DNA of 64,000 nucleotides from Mobula hypostoma (Eukaryota). This document shows positions 12,085 to 24,745 of this stretch, piece after piece; position 1 is the stretch's first letter; each line of letters begins with the position of its first letter. The notes under the pieces are model-generated. The model was not told where the DNA came from, ran no database searches, and saw only the letters and a program-made list of their open reading frames with translations. The translations under genes were made by a program, and so were the position numbers. The stretch spans positions 79,114,001 to 79,178,000 of the forward strand of contig NC_086097.1 in the NCBI RefSeq assembly GCF_963921235.1, given 5' to 3'.

Positions 12085-13485
12085 AACCAGTTACCAACAT
12101 AACTCCACTATTTAAGAAGAGTAAGAGAAGGAAGACAGGCTCACACCAGTTAAGATCATAAGCAATAGAAACAGAAATATGACATCTGGCCCGTCCAGCC
12201 TGCTCCACCATTCAAAAAGTTCATGGCTGATCTGGCCATTGGTTCAACTCCACCTACCTGCCGTTTCCTCATAACCCTTAATTCCCATCGTATGCAAAAA
12301 TCTACCTAACTGTGTCTTAAATATATTTAATGAGGTAGCCTCTACTGATTCCCTGGGCAAAGAATTCCACAGATTCACTACTCTCTGGGAAAAGCAGTTT
12401 TTCCTCATCTCTGTCCTAAATCTATTCTCCCGAATCTTGACACTTTCTTAGTTTGAGTCTCACTTACCAATGGAAACCACTTTCCTGTCTTTATCATATT
12501 TAACCCTTTCATAATGTTGTAAGATCCTCTCCCATTCTTCTGAATTCCAGCAAGTATAATCCCAGGTGACTCAATTTCTCCTGATAGGCTAACCCCTCGT
12601 CTCCAGAATCAGACTAGTGAACCCCTCCTTGTGGGAAAATTGCTGAAATCTATTTACGTCAATGTGGGAACAGGACGTTAGGAAACTAGCGACAGGACTG
12701 AGCAGTCAACGTGAATTTATAAAATTGAAATCATGTCTGATAAATCAATAGGAAAGTTTTTCTGTAGTTGTAACTAGTAAAATTGATCAGGGCAAACCAA
12801 TTGATAATGTATTTGGACTTCCAGTAGACCATCAACAAGGTTCCACACAAGATGTTCTTCTTAAAATTTGACCATGTCAGATTTTAAATGATGTACTCAT
12901 ATGTATTAAAGATTGATTAGTGGACTGAAATAGAAGGAACAAAGATATGGGAGTCATTACTAGTGGGTACCATAGAGATCAATACTGTAGTCCTGGTTTT
13001 TCACAATTCTCATCGATGATGGATTTGGGTCAGACCCAACATCATATACAGCTTCGCTGCTTGTATACTGCCAAGTGGCAGTGTGGGTGATGAGGAAGAT
13101 GCAGAGTGACTTCAGCAGATAGGCGCAGGCTAAGCAAATGGGTGAGGACATAGCAGATAGAACAAGATATTAAATAAAAGTGTAAAGTCATTCACTTTAG
13201 TGAAAAATGGAAAGTGGAGCATTTTTGTAAAAGTTGATAGTTGAATGGTGCTGGTGTTTAGAGGGACCTGAGTGAGCTTGTACATGAATCTCTGAAAGTT
13301 AACATGCAAGGCTGGAACCAGCTGGGATGGTAACTGGCATTTTCAATGAATTTTTAAATATTAAAGCAAACAAGCGACATGGGGCTAGTGCACTGACTGA
13401 CACTGAGGTAAATGATCAGCCTCAATTTAGTAGATCGGCAGTGCAGGCCCAAGGAACTGAATAGTCTACACCTGCCTCTTCCATT
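12085..13485. mobile_element. Degraded CR1 (+) interrupted by a CR1 3' end on the minus strand (~12155-12625)
   Basis: Plus strand ITPLFKK-like start, with RT remnants after 12630. The intervening block is the reverse complement of a CR1 3' end (AGAATTCCACAGATTCACTACTCTCTG). Confidence 0.7.
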
Positions 13486-14503
13486 CTGGTAGCAGACATT
13501 CTGGTGGTTCTACTATAATGTGGTACTGCAGTTATTTTACAGAAAGTCATATTATAGCAGAACAGACTGTAGTTTCCTTCAAAGCAGATTTAAACAGCAT
13601 TAACTGATCACAATCATGTTATAACCAGTACAGATGTGTAATATAATGAATTAGCCATGATTGAATGGTGGAGCTGATCAATGGGCCAAATGGCATAATT
13701 CTGCTCCTATGTTTTATGGTCTTATGGTTAATTAGTGTTCTCTGATCCATCAGTTGTGTTCTAACCAGTTCATGTTACAGAAAAACACATTATATAGCAA
13801 AGCTACCTGTATATAAAGGTGCAAGTTTAAACAGTGTCTTGTCCAGAGCTTGCAATGAACAGGTATGAGCTGCTTTATTGTCTGAGAATTTCCAAACAGA
13901 TTTGAAGACTAACTGTTCATTAGTGAACATCTTACCTGATGATGGAGGTATTTAGTAAACTGTAAAATGTGAATCTATATGTATGATTATGTTCAGGTTG
14001 CTTTTTAAGTGGTGTCTGGGAAAGCTTCTATTTGGCATGTTGCAACTTGTCAGTGAGGATTTTCCAGTGTTAATTGGGGAAGCTTTGGCTTTGTCATGTT
14101 TAAAATCAGTGCTTGGTCAAAGAGAAATGGGCCATCCAGTTTTATTTTCTGCTTTATTCTCTATTTTACTGTAGTTGCTTGGTATTACTGACTGGGTTGC
14201 TAGATTATTTCAGAGTCAGTCTACCTTGACTTCCTTCTTCTAAAGAATAAGAAAACGAGGTGGTATCTATGCAATAATTTTAAGATTACCATTCCTGTTA
14301 TTTATTATCTGATTTAAATTCCTCAGATCCAATTGAGGGATTTGAACTTGCCTTACCCCGTGGATTGTTAGTACAGTCACTTAATCACTATGTCAGTGGT
14401 ATTCTTGTACCCTGCAGACATGATTGGTCCATCATTACATATTTAATTATGCTTTCAAATACATGACACCCAAGCTGTGGAAATCCTGCATTAAATCACT
14501 CCT

Positions 14504-14916
14504 GCAACATACATCAAAGTTGCTGGTGAACGCAGCAGGCCAAGCAGCATCTATAGGAAGAGGCGCAGTCGACGTTTCAGGCCGAGACCCTTCGTCAGGA
14601 CTAACTGAAGGAAGAGTGAGTAAGGGATTTGAAAGCTGGAGGGGGAGGGGGAGATGCAAAATGATAGGAGAAGACAGGAGGGGGAGGGATAGAGCCGAGA
14701 GCTGGACAAGTGAGAGGCAAAAGGGGATACGAGAGGATCATGGGACAGGAGGCCTAGGGAGAAAGACGGGGGGGGGGTTGACCCAGAGGATGGGCAAGAG
14801 GTATATTTAGAGGGACAGAGGGAGAAAAAGGAGAGTGAGAGAAAGAATGTGTGCATAAAAATGAGTAACAGCTGGGGTACGAGGGGGAGGTGGGGCCTAG
14901 CGGAAGTTAGAGAAGT
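14504..14916 (-). mobile_element. Penelope-like element 3' fragment with 9-bp target-site duplication
   Basis: ATCACTCCT duplicated at 14495-14503 and 14917-14925. Minus strand begins FSNFR-stop (TAG at 14899-14897), followed by a pyrimidine-rich UTR and a hammerhead core. Confidence 0.8.
14566..14603 (-). ncRNA. Minimal type I hammerhead ribozyme (Penelope-associated, stem III reduced to an ACGU palindrome)
   Basis: Minus strand UAGUC-CUGACGA-AGGGUCUCGGCCU-GAAAC-GUC-GACUG: both core boxes intact, stem I UAGUC/GACUG, stem II AGG/CCU, GUC cleavage triplet. Confidence 0.75.
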
Positions 14917-15247
14917 ATCACTCCTTCTTGCTTTCAGGCATTTGTTAAGGTAATTTGTTAGGTCCAAGGATCTGTTGAGTTAGAAATTATGTTACCATTT
15001 GATAATTTTAGGAAAAATATCTGGTAAATGCAGAACCCAGTGAGAGTAATGAAGGTATGATGTTCACCATGCTTCCAATTTCCTCAACAGAGGCAAGCAC
15101 ATGAATGAGCAACTGGTCCCTTATTTTAAATAATTAGGTTCATGATTTTTTAAGGTCCAAGGAAAAGAGTGGACTATCAATATGTTTTATTAAAAGTTGC
15201 CTTTCAGTGGATTAGAGATACTTGATCACAGCCTAAAATCAAATTTA

Positions 15248-16519
15248 CGAAGGGGAAATCATGCTTGACTAATCTTCTGGAATTTTTTGAGAATGTAACT
15301 ATGAAAATGGACATGGGAAAGCCAGTGGATGTAGTGTACCTGGACTTTCAGGAAGGCTTTGATAAGGTCCCATATAGGAGGTTAGTGGGCAAAATTAGAG
15401 CAAATGGTATTGGGGGTAGGGTACTGACATGGATAGAAAATTGTTTGGCAGACAGGAAACAAACAGTAGAGATTAATGGGTCCTTTTCAGAATTGCAGGC
15501 AGTGACTAGTGGGGTACCGCAAAGCTCGGTGCTGGGACCACAGCTATTTACAATATGCATTAATGATTTAGATGAAGGGATTAAAAGTAACATTAGCAAA
15601 TTTGCAGATGACACAAAGCTGGGTGGCAGTGTGAAATGTGAGGAGGATGTTATGAGAACGCAGGGTGACTTGGACAGGTTGGGTGAGTGGGCAGATGCTT
15701 GCCAGATGCAGTTTAATGTGGATAAATGTGAGGTTATCCACTTTGGTGGCAAGAACAGGAAGGCAGATTACTATTTGAATGGTGTCAAGTTAGGAAAAGG
15801 GGAAGTACAACGAGAGCTAGGTGTCCTTGTTCATCAGTCTCCGAAAGTAAGCATGCAGGTACAGCAGGCAGTGAAGAAAGCTAATGGCATGTTGGCCTTC
15901 ATAACAAGGGGAGTTGAGTATAGGAGCAAAGAGGTCCTTCAGCAGTTGTACAGGGTGCCGGTGAGACCACACCTGGAGTATTGTGTACAGTTTTGGTCTC
16001 CAAATTTGAGGAAGGACATTCTAGCTATTGAGGGAGTGCAACGTAGGTTCACGGGGTTAATTCCTGGGATGGCGGGACTGTCATATGTTGAAAGATTGGA
16101 GCGACTGGGGTTGTATACATTGGAATTTAGAAGGATGAGAGGGGATCTGATTGAAACATATAAGATTATTAAGGGATTGGACATGCTAGAGGCAGGAAAC
16201 ATGTTGGGGGAGTCCAGAACCAGAGGCCACAGTTTAAGAATAAGGGGTAGACCATTTAGAACGGAGTTGAGGAAAAACTTTTTCACACGGAGGGTTGTGG
16301 TTCTGTGGAATGCTCTGCCTCAGAAGGTAGTGGAGGCCAATTCTATGGATTCTTTCAAGAAAGAGTTAGATAGAGCTCTTAAAGATAGCAGAGTCAAGGG
16401 ATATGGGGAGAAGGCAGGAAAAGGGTACTGATTGTGGATGATCAGCCATGATTACAGTGAATGGTGGTGCTGGCTCAAAGGCCTGAATGGCCTACTCCTG
16501 TACCTATTGTCTATTGTCT
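15248..16519 (+). mobile_element. CR1 LINE, 5'-truncated, with open 388-aa RT C-terminal ORF (15265-16431)
   Basis: VYLDFQEGFDKVP, SGVPQSSVLGP, KFADDTKL, RPHLEYCVQFWSP; CTATTGT repeat tail. Confidence 0.95.
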
Positions 16520-16599
16520 TGAGACCATAAAATAATCAAGAAAAATAAACAAGCACATTGCTTAAAGGGAGTCAGACTGCAGAGTCTTGAGGTACAAAG

Positions 16600-16840
16600 T
16601 GGGCAATGTGGTAGCATAACATAATGTTAATTACATTAATGTTATTTCAGCATCAGTTACCTGGGTTCCTTCCCCACCACTGTTAGTGAGGAGTTTGTAT
16701 GTTCTATTTGTGACTAGGTGGGTTTCCTCCAGGTGCTCTGGTTTCCTCCCACATGCCAAAGGCGTATGGGTTAGAAGGTTAATTGGTCACATGGGTGTAA
16801 TTGAGCGCTGTTACAGTGCTGTATCTCTAAATCAAAAATA
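16600..16840 (+). mobile_element. tRNA-derived SINE (decayed)
   Basis: GGGTTTCCTCCAGGTGCTCTGGTTTCCTCCCACATGCCAAAGG body shared with the 9125-9400 copy. Confidence 0.75.
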
Positions 16841-16884
16841 AAGGAATATAGATGATTTTTCATAAATTATTGTGAATGCTCAAA

Positions 16885-17450
16885 AAATGTTGTTTATTGC
16901 TAAGGTAAATTGAATACCACGGGAGGAAATGTTTCAGATTTATAGAACATCAGTGAATCCACATACAGTAATGGTCTTCTTAGTTAAAGGAAGCTGTTAA
17001 TTTATTGGAAGTAGGTCAGAAAAGGTTTGCTGGACTTATACCTGACATGGGCAGGTTGATTTAAAACTAAAGGTTGGGCAGATACCTGCTGGAATTTGAG
17101 AATGAGGTGTGACTTGACTGAAGCATGAAATTTCCTGAGGAATCTTAGCAGAGTGGATAATTTTCTGTTGTCAGAGAATCTACAACTAGGGAGTCACCTT
17201 TGAAAATCCATGATTACCCTTTTAAGATAAAGAGGTGACTCTTTTTTTCTAGCAGACATGAGTCTTTGGTCCTTTGGACAGTGGATGGAGAGTCTTTGAA
17301 GATTTTTAGCACAGAAGACACTAAGGGATAAAAGGTTGCTGAAAGTAGACAGGAGTGCAAACTTAAAGTTACAATCAGATCAGGCATGATCTTATTAAAT
17401 GATAAAACATGGTTGAGGGGCAAGTGACCAACTCCTTCCTCCATTCCATA
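16885..17450 (+). mobile_element. Degraded CR1 3' portion
   Basis: Recognisable CR1 3' ORF2/UTR remnants (AACTAGGGAGTCAC, AGATCAGGCATGATCTTATTAAAT, CCAACTCCT). Confidence 0.65.
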
Positions 17451-18019
17451 TACTGGTATCTCCTGACAAAGGTGCCACATTGCTTGGGTTTAAACTGGTG
17501 GTCTACTGATCATTATCTGTCACATTTCAACTCCATTTGATTTGAGCTGAAAATAGGAACATATAGGAAAATAGCAACCTAAAGCAGAGACCCAAAAATG
17601 GGTTAGAAAAATACGTATTCCTGTTTTAAAATAATGTTCTAGAAATAACAGGAAGAAAAAATTACTGTAATGCAGTATTAGCAATACAGTCAGTGACAAT
17701 GACTGTTGGGATAAAAGCGAATGAAGGCTTAACCAAACGTTGTTCCTTTACTGTTTTAATATGCTGCATGAAGCGGAAGTTATTTTAGTTTTCGGCCCTG
17801 ATAAGTATTTTATGTGACCAGTGTTTTGTACGTTTTAATGATACATTTATTCTTGGTCTTGAATTTTCTTAACTCGGAATTACACAGCATTGTTTCCTAA
17901 ACGAACTTGTTTAGTCAAGAGTCGTGAACACATTTGTGGTCACAATTTACCAATTTAGTAGGTTAACTGTGTTTTTATACAATGAATGAACCGATCAATA
18001 GAGAAATTGACCCAGCAGC

Positions 18020-18850
18020 TTTGGCGGGAGTTTTCTGCTTGAATCATTGAAGTGTGCATTTTGCTGCCATGTGCTCCTGCGAGATTACTTTATCTGCGCT
18101 AAAAAGTCGCGTTGTAGACTTGAAGGAGGGTAGTCCAAACAATTAGGGCGGGGATGCGTGGAATACCCACCCTGCTGGAGTTGTCATGGCAAGCTGCGCG
18201 GCTGGAATTGCTTGTGGTCAAAGAGGATGGAGGCAGGCGCGGTGCGGGTTGGAAAGAAGATAACGCACCCCCACTCTTGCTTCTGCATTCACTGATCTGA
18301 TCCTGGCAATCTATTCGCTCAAAAGAAGGCGAAAATGGCGGATAATGACAGTTCAACACCTGTAAGTCTTCTGTCGAAAGTTATTTTTATGTTAAATTTG
18401 ATGGCGTTTTTTCGAAAGGGTTAATTTTGGTATGAATATAGCGCCCCCATATCCAATATGCGCACACTTTACCTGGGAACTTAAAACATGGTAGTTCGAG
18501 CACCCAATTGTTTAAAGCGTGGAAAGCAATTTCGGTATATTATTGATTCTGTAACAACGTTCGGCAAGTGAGCGTTCGTAGTAGATTCGGGGATCACTGC
18601 TGTGCATTAGATTCGGTCTATCTATTTTCTAATACGTTTCTAGCGTAACATAATTTCGGTGGTACTTAACTCTTTGCAAACTTAGCACGTGTCCGATCAA
18701 TTGTGAGACGTTTTGTTCATTGTTGCTGGTCGAAAACTTAATTTATAATCGAATATAATTAAGATAATTGGAGTGCCTATGCAATGAGTCAGCGTAAAGT
18801 TTAAATCCCTGTTGCAGTGAGGCGGATGTCCCTACGTTGTACACGTTGCA
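18020..18850 (+). promoter_or_regulatory. CpG-enriched promoter/first-exon region of the galectin-related gene
   Basis: Visibly elevated CpG density against a CpG-poor background, GC box GGGCGGGG near 18146, spanning the ATG exon. Confidence 0.6.
18335..18361 (+). CDS. Galectin-related protein (LGALSL-like) coding exon 1: MADNDSSTP
   Basis: Strong Kozak context AAAATGG, 27 nt, then GTAAGT donor; phase 0 matches exon 2. Confidence 0.75.
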
Positions 18851-18997
18851 GGTTCTTTTTATAAAAATGCGTGTTAATATTTTAACTAAAGTGCAGTGTA
18901 AACTTTGCAGCCGAGCACTATGACAGATGGCTCATTCAAATACACAGAAATTATGTCTTTCAAATCTGCAGTGACGCCAACAATATTAATTTTACAG

Positions 18998-19086
18998 GTG
19001 AAGCCCTTTGTCGGTGAGATCAAAAGCGGGCTGAAGCCATCGATGAAGATGACCATAATGGGGATAGTTCATTCAAAGCCCAACAG
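18998..19086 (+). CDS. LGALSL-like coding exon 2: VKPFVGEIKSGLKPSMKMTIMGIVHSKPN(S)
   Basis: TTTACAG acceptor, 89 nt, GTAT donor, phase 2; aligns with human GRP [29 protein letters not shown]. Confidence 0.9.
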
Positions 19087-20244
19087 GTATAGCGAACACT
19101 TTGGTGCTTGTCTTTAGATTCGGGAGTGATTCTTCATATTCCTGTCCTGCATCTCATTCCCAATAACTTCATTCTACTTGTCAAAACGTTTTTCGTTTTT
19201 AAGCTAGTACTAAAGTGAGGTAGAAAGTTTCTACGATGGCTTGATGGAATCGGTAATACATTACACACCTGTGCTGCTTTGGCTGTTGCCTTGAGAAAAT
19301 AATAACTTTAGTTGAACTCTTAATAGATTTTATGTTTGGCTTCAAAGGTTATTACAGTTGCATATTGTGCACCTCAAGTGGAGTTCAACAATATGCTGTG
19401 AAAGCCAGAGAATTAGGTTGAAATGTTTTCTGGATGATGAGCTTTGAAGTACATCCAAATCTCCTCAGATCACTGGTCATCAATTGTGGAGTTCAGTATT
19501 TTAAAACAGCAATATAACATCTCACTAACTGTAGATTAACACAGATATATTGAAGCATAATATAGAAATGAATTATATTTCTATCAGAGACCATGAAAAA
19601 CAATATTTCACTCTTACCAGATACTCATTTTGATGCACATGTTATTTCAGACCTTTAGGAGAATTTGCCTCTGATTCTGCAGAGGAGCAAAATTTAATCT
19701 TTTAAATTCCACAATTTCTTGGAATGAAACATGCCAGAAAGAATAAAATGTATGCATTATTCAGAAATTGTGACAACACCAGAGATTAGTGGGCCACCAA
19801 ATGTTGTGCTATTTTTAGTAGAATGTTTAGCTTGTTATGTTTGGGATGGATAAACAGAAATAAGGAATAAAGGCAGGTCATCTGCTGAAGATGAAAGGAA
19901 GAAGAACTAGTGCTGAGGATTCTGTCCAGTCTACTCCTTTGGAAACATGTTCTATTAATACCCCCAGTTCAGAAGCCAAATTGGCTTATCTTAACAACTT
20001 AATCAAAACAAACTGACTCAGTTTAAATAAGTGGTACAGCTATTCACTAAACTACTTGAGAGAACCATTTTAAATATATGCTGCAAGAGAAAATAAGTGA
20101 AATGAAAGCAATTGGAAAGTAACTAGACAACTTCAAATCAGAAAAAGAGCTCTTAGCAGATTAGCTGAACTTGATATTTCCAGTTTATAACAAGATTTCT
20201 AATATTTGATTAGAAAATTAATTGGAGTGTTTGGAAATATAGAG

Positions 20245-20410
20245 CACCACAATGCTGCCTAACCTACTGGAGGAACTCAGATCAGGCAGTAACTCTGGTA
20301 AGGAATAAATAGTTGATGTTTTGGGCCAAGACCCTTCATCAGGACGGAAAAGGAAGGGGGAAGACGCAGAATAAGAAGGTGGGGAAAGAGGAGTACAAGC
20401 TAGAAGGAAA
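20245..20410 (-). mobile_element. Penelope-like 3' terminal remnant with decayed hammerhead core
   Basis: Minus strand GTCCTGATGAAGGGTCTTGGCCCAAAACATCAACT, a CpG-decayed version of the 14.5-kb motif. Confidence 0.65.
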
Positions 20411-22919
20411 TAAAACACATCTTACCAACTAATTTTATTATCCCTTTAGAACCATGAAAACTGACAAGGGGGAGAAAAATGTAACAAAATAGAGTTCACA
20501 TTTTTGGCACGGGAAGAATTAGCATTCCCTATTCTTTAGTAAACATACTGTGTAAATCGTCATTACTTTCTCATGCCCTTGGGGAAGAGGGTAGTTCACA
20601 GCAAGTAAGTGCAACATTCCCAAGGCTTGATCAGTAACTATTTATGTACTGGTGAGTCATCTTTAGCCAAAATTATATTTATCCTACCGACCTCCTTGCC
20701 ACAAATGATCAAGCATACTATTTTAAAAGAGCAATGCAACATCTTGCAAACTTCCGATTAATGCAGACTATAATTAAGCATGTTCTAGAAATGAATTACC
20801 TTGATAGTTGAAACAGTCAAACTCAAAGTCAGCACAATGCCTTTTTAAACTCATGATGTGATAGTATGTGCTTGGCTTCTAAAATGAATCAATGGATCTC
20901 TGTTTCCAAAGCAAAAGCTGCCAATTTACTGCACATTTAATGTAAGTGACCAGGTATCAACTTAGTACAAGATTGATCATAAGCACTCATGTTTCTTGAT
21001 TCCTTGAAAGCTGCACAACATTAATAAGGTAAGTTAATATTTCATCAACAAGCATATGCAATTCTAGATTGTTGAGGAGCAGAAGGAGCAGTCAGTTTTG
21101 CTTTCTATGTTGTTCCAGCATTTGAACATAACCTCATAACGTTTTAGAGTGAAGACGCTTTGCCATCTGGAAAAATGCCAGCTGAGAAATTAAGCCAAAG
21201 CATTTCTTTCCTAAGTAGTTTTCCACATTTCTCCTTGCTCCCTCCACCCCTCACAATTTTTATAGTCCTCATCTACCTAGGTACTCCACTCTTCATATCT
21301 ACTCACAGAGGGTTACAAGTCAGCTGTATATCTTAAACCTAGGAATGAGGGATTTTTCTTAACCAAAGGTGTGTGGGGTAAAGGCAGTTAGATGAATTTG
21401 AGTCATATATCACTTTTTGTCAAAGTGGATAACTGAACAAGACTTGAGGAACTAAATGTTCCGATGATAATCTTCGCTCTGGTATAGTTCCAAATCTGCC
21501 TTCTGGTAATTTGTTTAGGTATCCATTGTTTAAACGTTAACCTGTCAAAAATGACCAGCTTAAGTGAATAAGATTCAGTTGTTAGGTGACACCCAATATG
21601 TGGTTATGTGGTTCTTCCAGCGGGAGTACCTTCTAGGAGTAGGAGCTTTGGTTTTTTCGTATTTACTTCAATATTTATTGTTATAGCATTAAAACCAACC
21701 TGGTTAAATAAGATTCCCCTGATTAATTCTCAAGTCACTGGATAAATCACTGAAGAAGTTCCCATTGAGAAAGTGAAATGAGTTTAGAAGTTAAGTCCTG
21801 GTTCCAGGGTAGTTTATTGTACGCAGAAGGCAGATTGGCCCCTATTGTGAATTTGTACTCTACAGGAAGTTCTTTACTTTTTTAAATTTAAAGGATATAA
21901 ATTTTCAGAGAAAAAAGCAACAAATTTTTAAAATACTTCAAGGAGGAAAGAGCAGACACTTGCTAAAAGCTGGCTGAAATCAGTTACTCTGTCGGCAAAT
22001 TCCAAATGTTACAAAACTTTCCCAGGAATCCTGAAGTAGTTACGGCTTTGCTACAGGAACCAGTCATTCACCCATAAATTCCATTTCGAAACAGGACAGG
22101 ATGAAGAATTTAATGGTGACAGGAGGAAATCTGCCTCAGGCAGAATTGTGATGTTTAAAGTCGAGATGTCGAGATATTAGTAATTTGTTGACCCTATGAC
22201 AAAATCCTTCAACTTTTGGGGGGAAAACTAGAGCTCTTCATTTTAAAAAAAAAACTAATGCAAGAGTGGAATTATTTTATAACAGCATGTAACTAATTAT
22301 TCCAACATGTGACAGCCTTTCCACTTAGAGTGCTACTTTGTTGTAATGGCGACACTCCACACATCACTCCAAAGGCTTGTTTTCATTCATCTCCCACTTC
22401 TACATGTTTTGCATTAAAAGCGACCTAGTAATTTTCTCATTTCTTTTATCTAAAGCAATGACCTTTGTGCAGCCCAGCTACAGTAATCACAGGGTTTCTG
22501 AATGTTATGAAATGTTCAGTTTATCATTTCGAGTGGGTTGCAGAGGTTTAAAGTCTACTTCTTAAGTATGTGAGGAAAACTTAAACTTCCATCCCAAAGC
22601 ATAACTTGAAGAAAAGCTTCGTTGTATCTGATGCTCTCAGACACTTCAGGTTGAGTGAATCAAATCAACTGAAGACTGACTTAAGTGATGGCAGAGAACA
22701 CAGAAGGAGACTGTGATAGATCATCTGCTTGTCACTTTTAGATAAAGGTTATTGAAATACTTCACCCTTGTCTTTGGCACTCACAGACTGGCCATTGTTG
22801 ATGGTGAGGCTGTTTAATTGTCTACCACCATTCACATTAGGCAGGATGGCAGACTTTTCATTTAATCCATTAGCTGGGGGATCACTCTACTCCCTACTGT
22901 ATGTTGCTTTCACCATTTA

Positions 22920-23405
22920 GCATACATTTTACAAGGATTTTGCCGGGATTCCCCATTTACGAGGATCCTCATTTATGAAGACGTTCCCAGGACTTGAGGG
23001 ACTGAGTTATGGAGAGAAGTTGCAGCTGTTTTCAGTGTAGGAGAATGAAGGACGAAATGGAGGTGTCTAAAATCATGAGGTGCATAGATGGGATCAAATT
23101 TCTCCCAGGATTGGGGAATCAAAAGCTAGACAGCATAGGTTTAAGGTGGGGGGGGGGAGGGGATAATAAATAGGAACTTGAAGGGCAAATCTTCCACCCA
23201 GAGGGTGTTCAGTATATAGGATGAGTTCCCAGAGAAAGTGGTTGATGCAGGCACATTAACAATATTTTAAAGCCATTTGGAAGAGTACATGATAGAAAAG
23301 GTTTAGAAGGATGTGGGCAAATGGGGCAAGTAGATAGGAGTCTTGGCTGGCATGAACAATATAGGCCAAAGGGTCTGTTTCTCTGCTACAGTATGTGACA
23401 CTATC
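22920..23405 (+). mobile_element. Degraded CR1 3' end
   Basis: GGACTTGAGGGACTGAGTTAT...GCATAGGTTTAAGGT...CACCCAGAGGGTG...GGCCAAAGGGTCTGTTTC. Confidence 0.7.
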
Positions 23406-24604
23406 ACTCCATGCAAACCCAGGCTGTAACTTGCCTTATTTCTGTAGGCACATTCACGTGCTCCACTGCACACATTGTTGAACTTGTGCACTGATGGTGA
23501 TAGCCAGGCCACGTGTTTACAGATTCTTGGTGTATATGTTTCTGTTGCTGTTGTTGGTTCATAAAGCTTCATACATATCCAGGTTTTAGCTGCCCAACAG
23601 AACTCCATAAAGGCTATTACTGTCAGGGATTGATGTACTTGGATTGATATTCAAGAATGGCCTGTTGGTCATGCTTCCAAGTCAATCCTGAGGATGGCCA
23701 TTAAAGTTCTCCATCCAAATACCTTCTATGCTCTTCGTTCTGAAGAACAAGTAGGCATAAAGCATATTTTGTTGGGGGAATTTCAATGCCTATCACCAGA
23801 AATTAGATATCTGGTTCAAAATGTTAACTAAAGATCTTATTTATCTTCTTGGCTCTTCATTATGAAGTCTATCTATATTCATTCATCTTGCTTATGTCAT
23901 TCTTCTCTCTATTCTTCCTTTGTGTGTTGTTCAGCACGGATAAGCAATGATTCTGTGGACAACCAAAGGTGTTTTTGTCTTTTGTAAATGTCCTTTTAAT
24001 GATCATAAGCCAATGCTAGATTTTAAGAATTTCGCATGCTGCAGGTCAGTGTGGTGCTTGTTGGAGGAGAAACTGGACTTGGTGCAGACCATGTTGCTGC
24101 TTGTTACAGGAAAGCATTGAAGGCATTGGAGTTGGTACACGAAGGTAATGGTGGGAGATTGTCATGGATGTTTCTCTTGCAATCGCACAACGCTGATGGA
24201 TATTGATGATGTAAGATGCCACAGGTCTTTTCCCCTTGTTTATTGGTGTGACAGATAGCGGGGGAGCTGCATGGTCTTTGTTTAGCAAGGGCTAGGCCTC
24301 AAGCCATGGGCTTGCCTGCTGCTGCAGTCCAGGAGAGGAGATGCCAGAAATGAAGCGGGGCTACCCTCCAGTTTTCAATCCGTGGAATGATGTGCTGGAT
24401 TGCGTGTGTGTGTTCATCAGCAGACTACTGGGAACTGCACCTTCAATTGAATTAACAGTGGGTATTGATCAGGAGGAGGTGTTGTTGACCATGTTCTACC
24501 TGGCACTGTGAGCCTTTGTGGATCACTGAAATAACATTGAGGACTTCCTCGCTAACTTTAACACTTTTCCTTTGTACTACTTCAATGTACAGATGTGATG
24601 AAAT

Positions 24605-24745
24605 TACCTCAAACACAAGAAAGTCTGCCGATGTTGCCTTGGATTTTCCGCACACACAAAATGCTGGAGGAACTCAGCAGGTCAGGCAGCATCTATGGAC
24701 AGGAATAAACAGCTGACATTTCGGGCCAAGACCCTTCCTTGGGAC
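24605..24745 (-). mobile_element. Penelope-like 3' terminal remnant
   Basis: CACACAAAATGCTGGAGGAACTCAGCAGGTCAGGCAGCATCTATGG then TTTCGGGCCAAGACCCTTC (decayed hammerhead on the minus strand). Confidence 0.65.
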
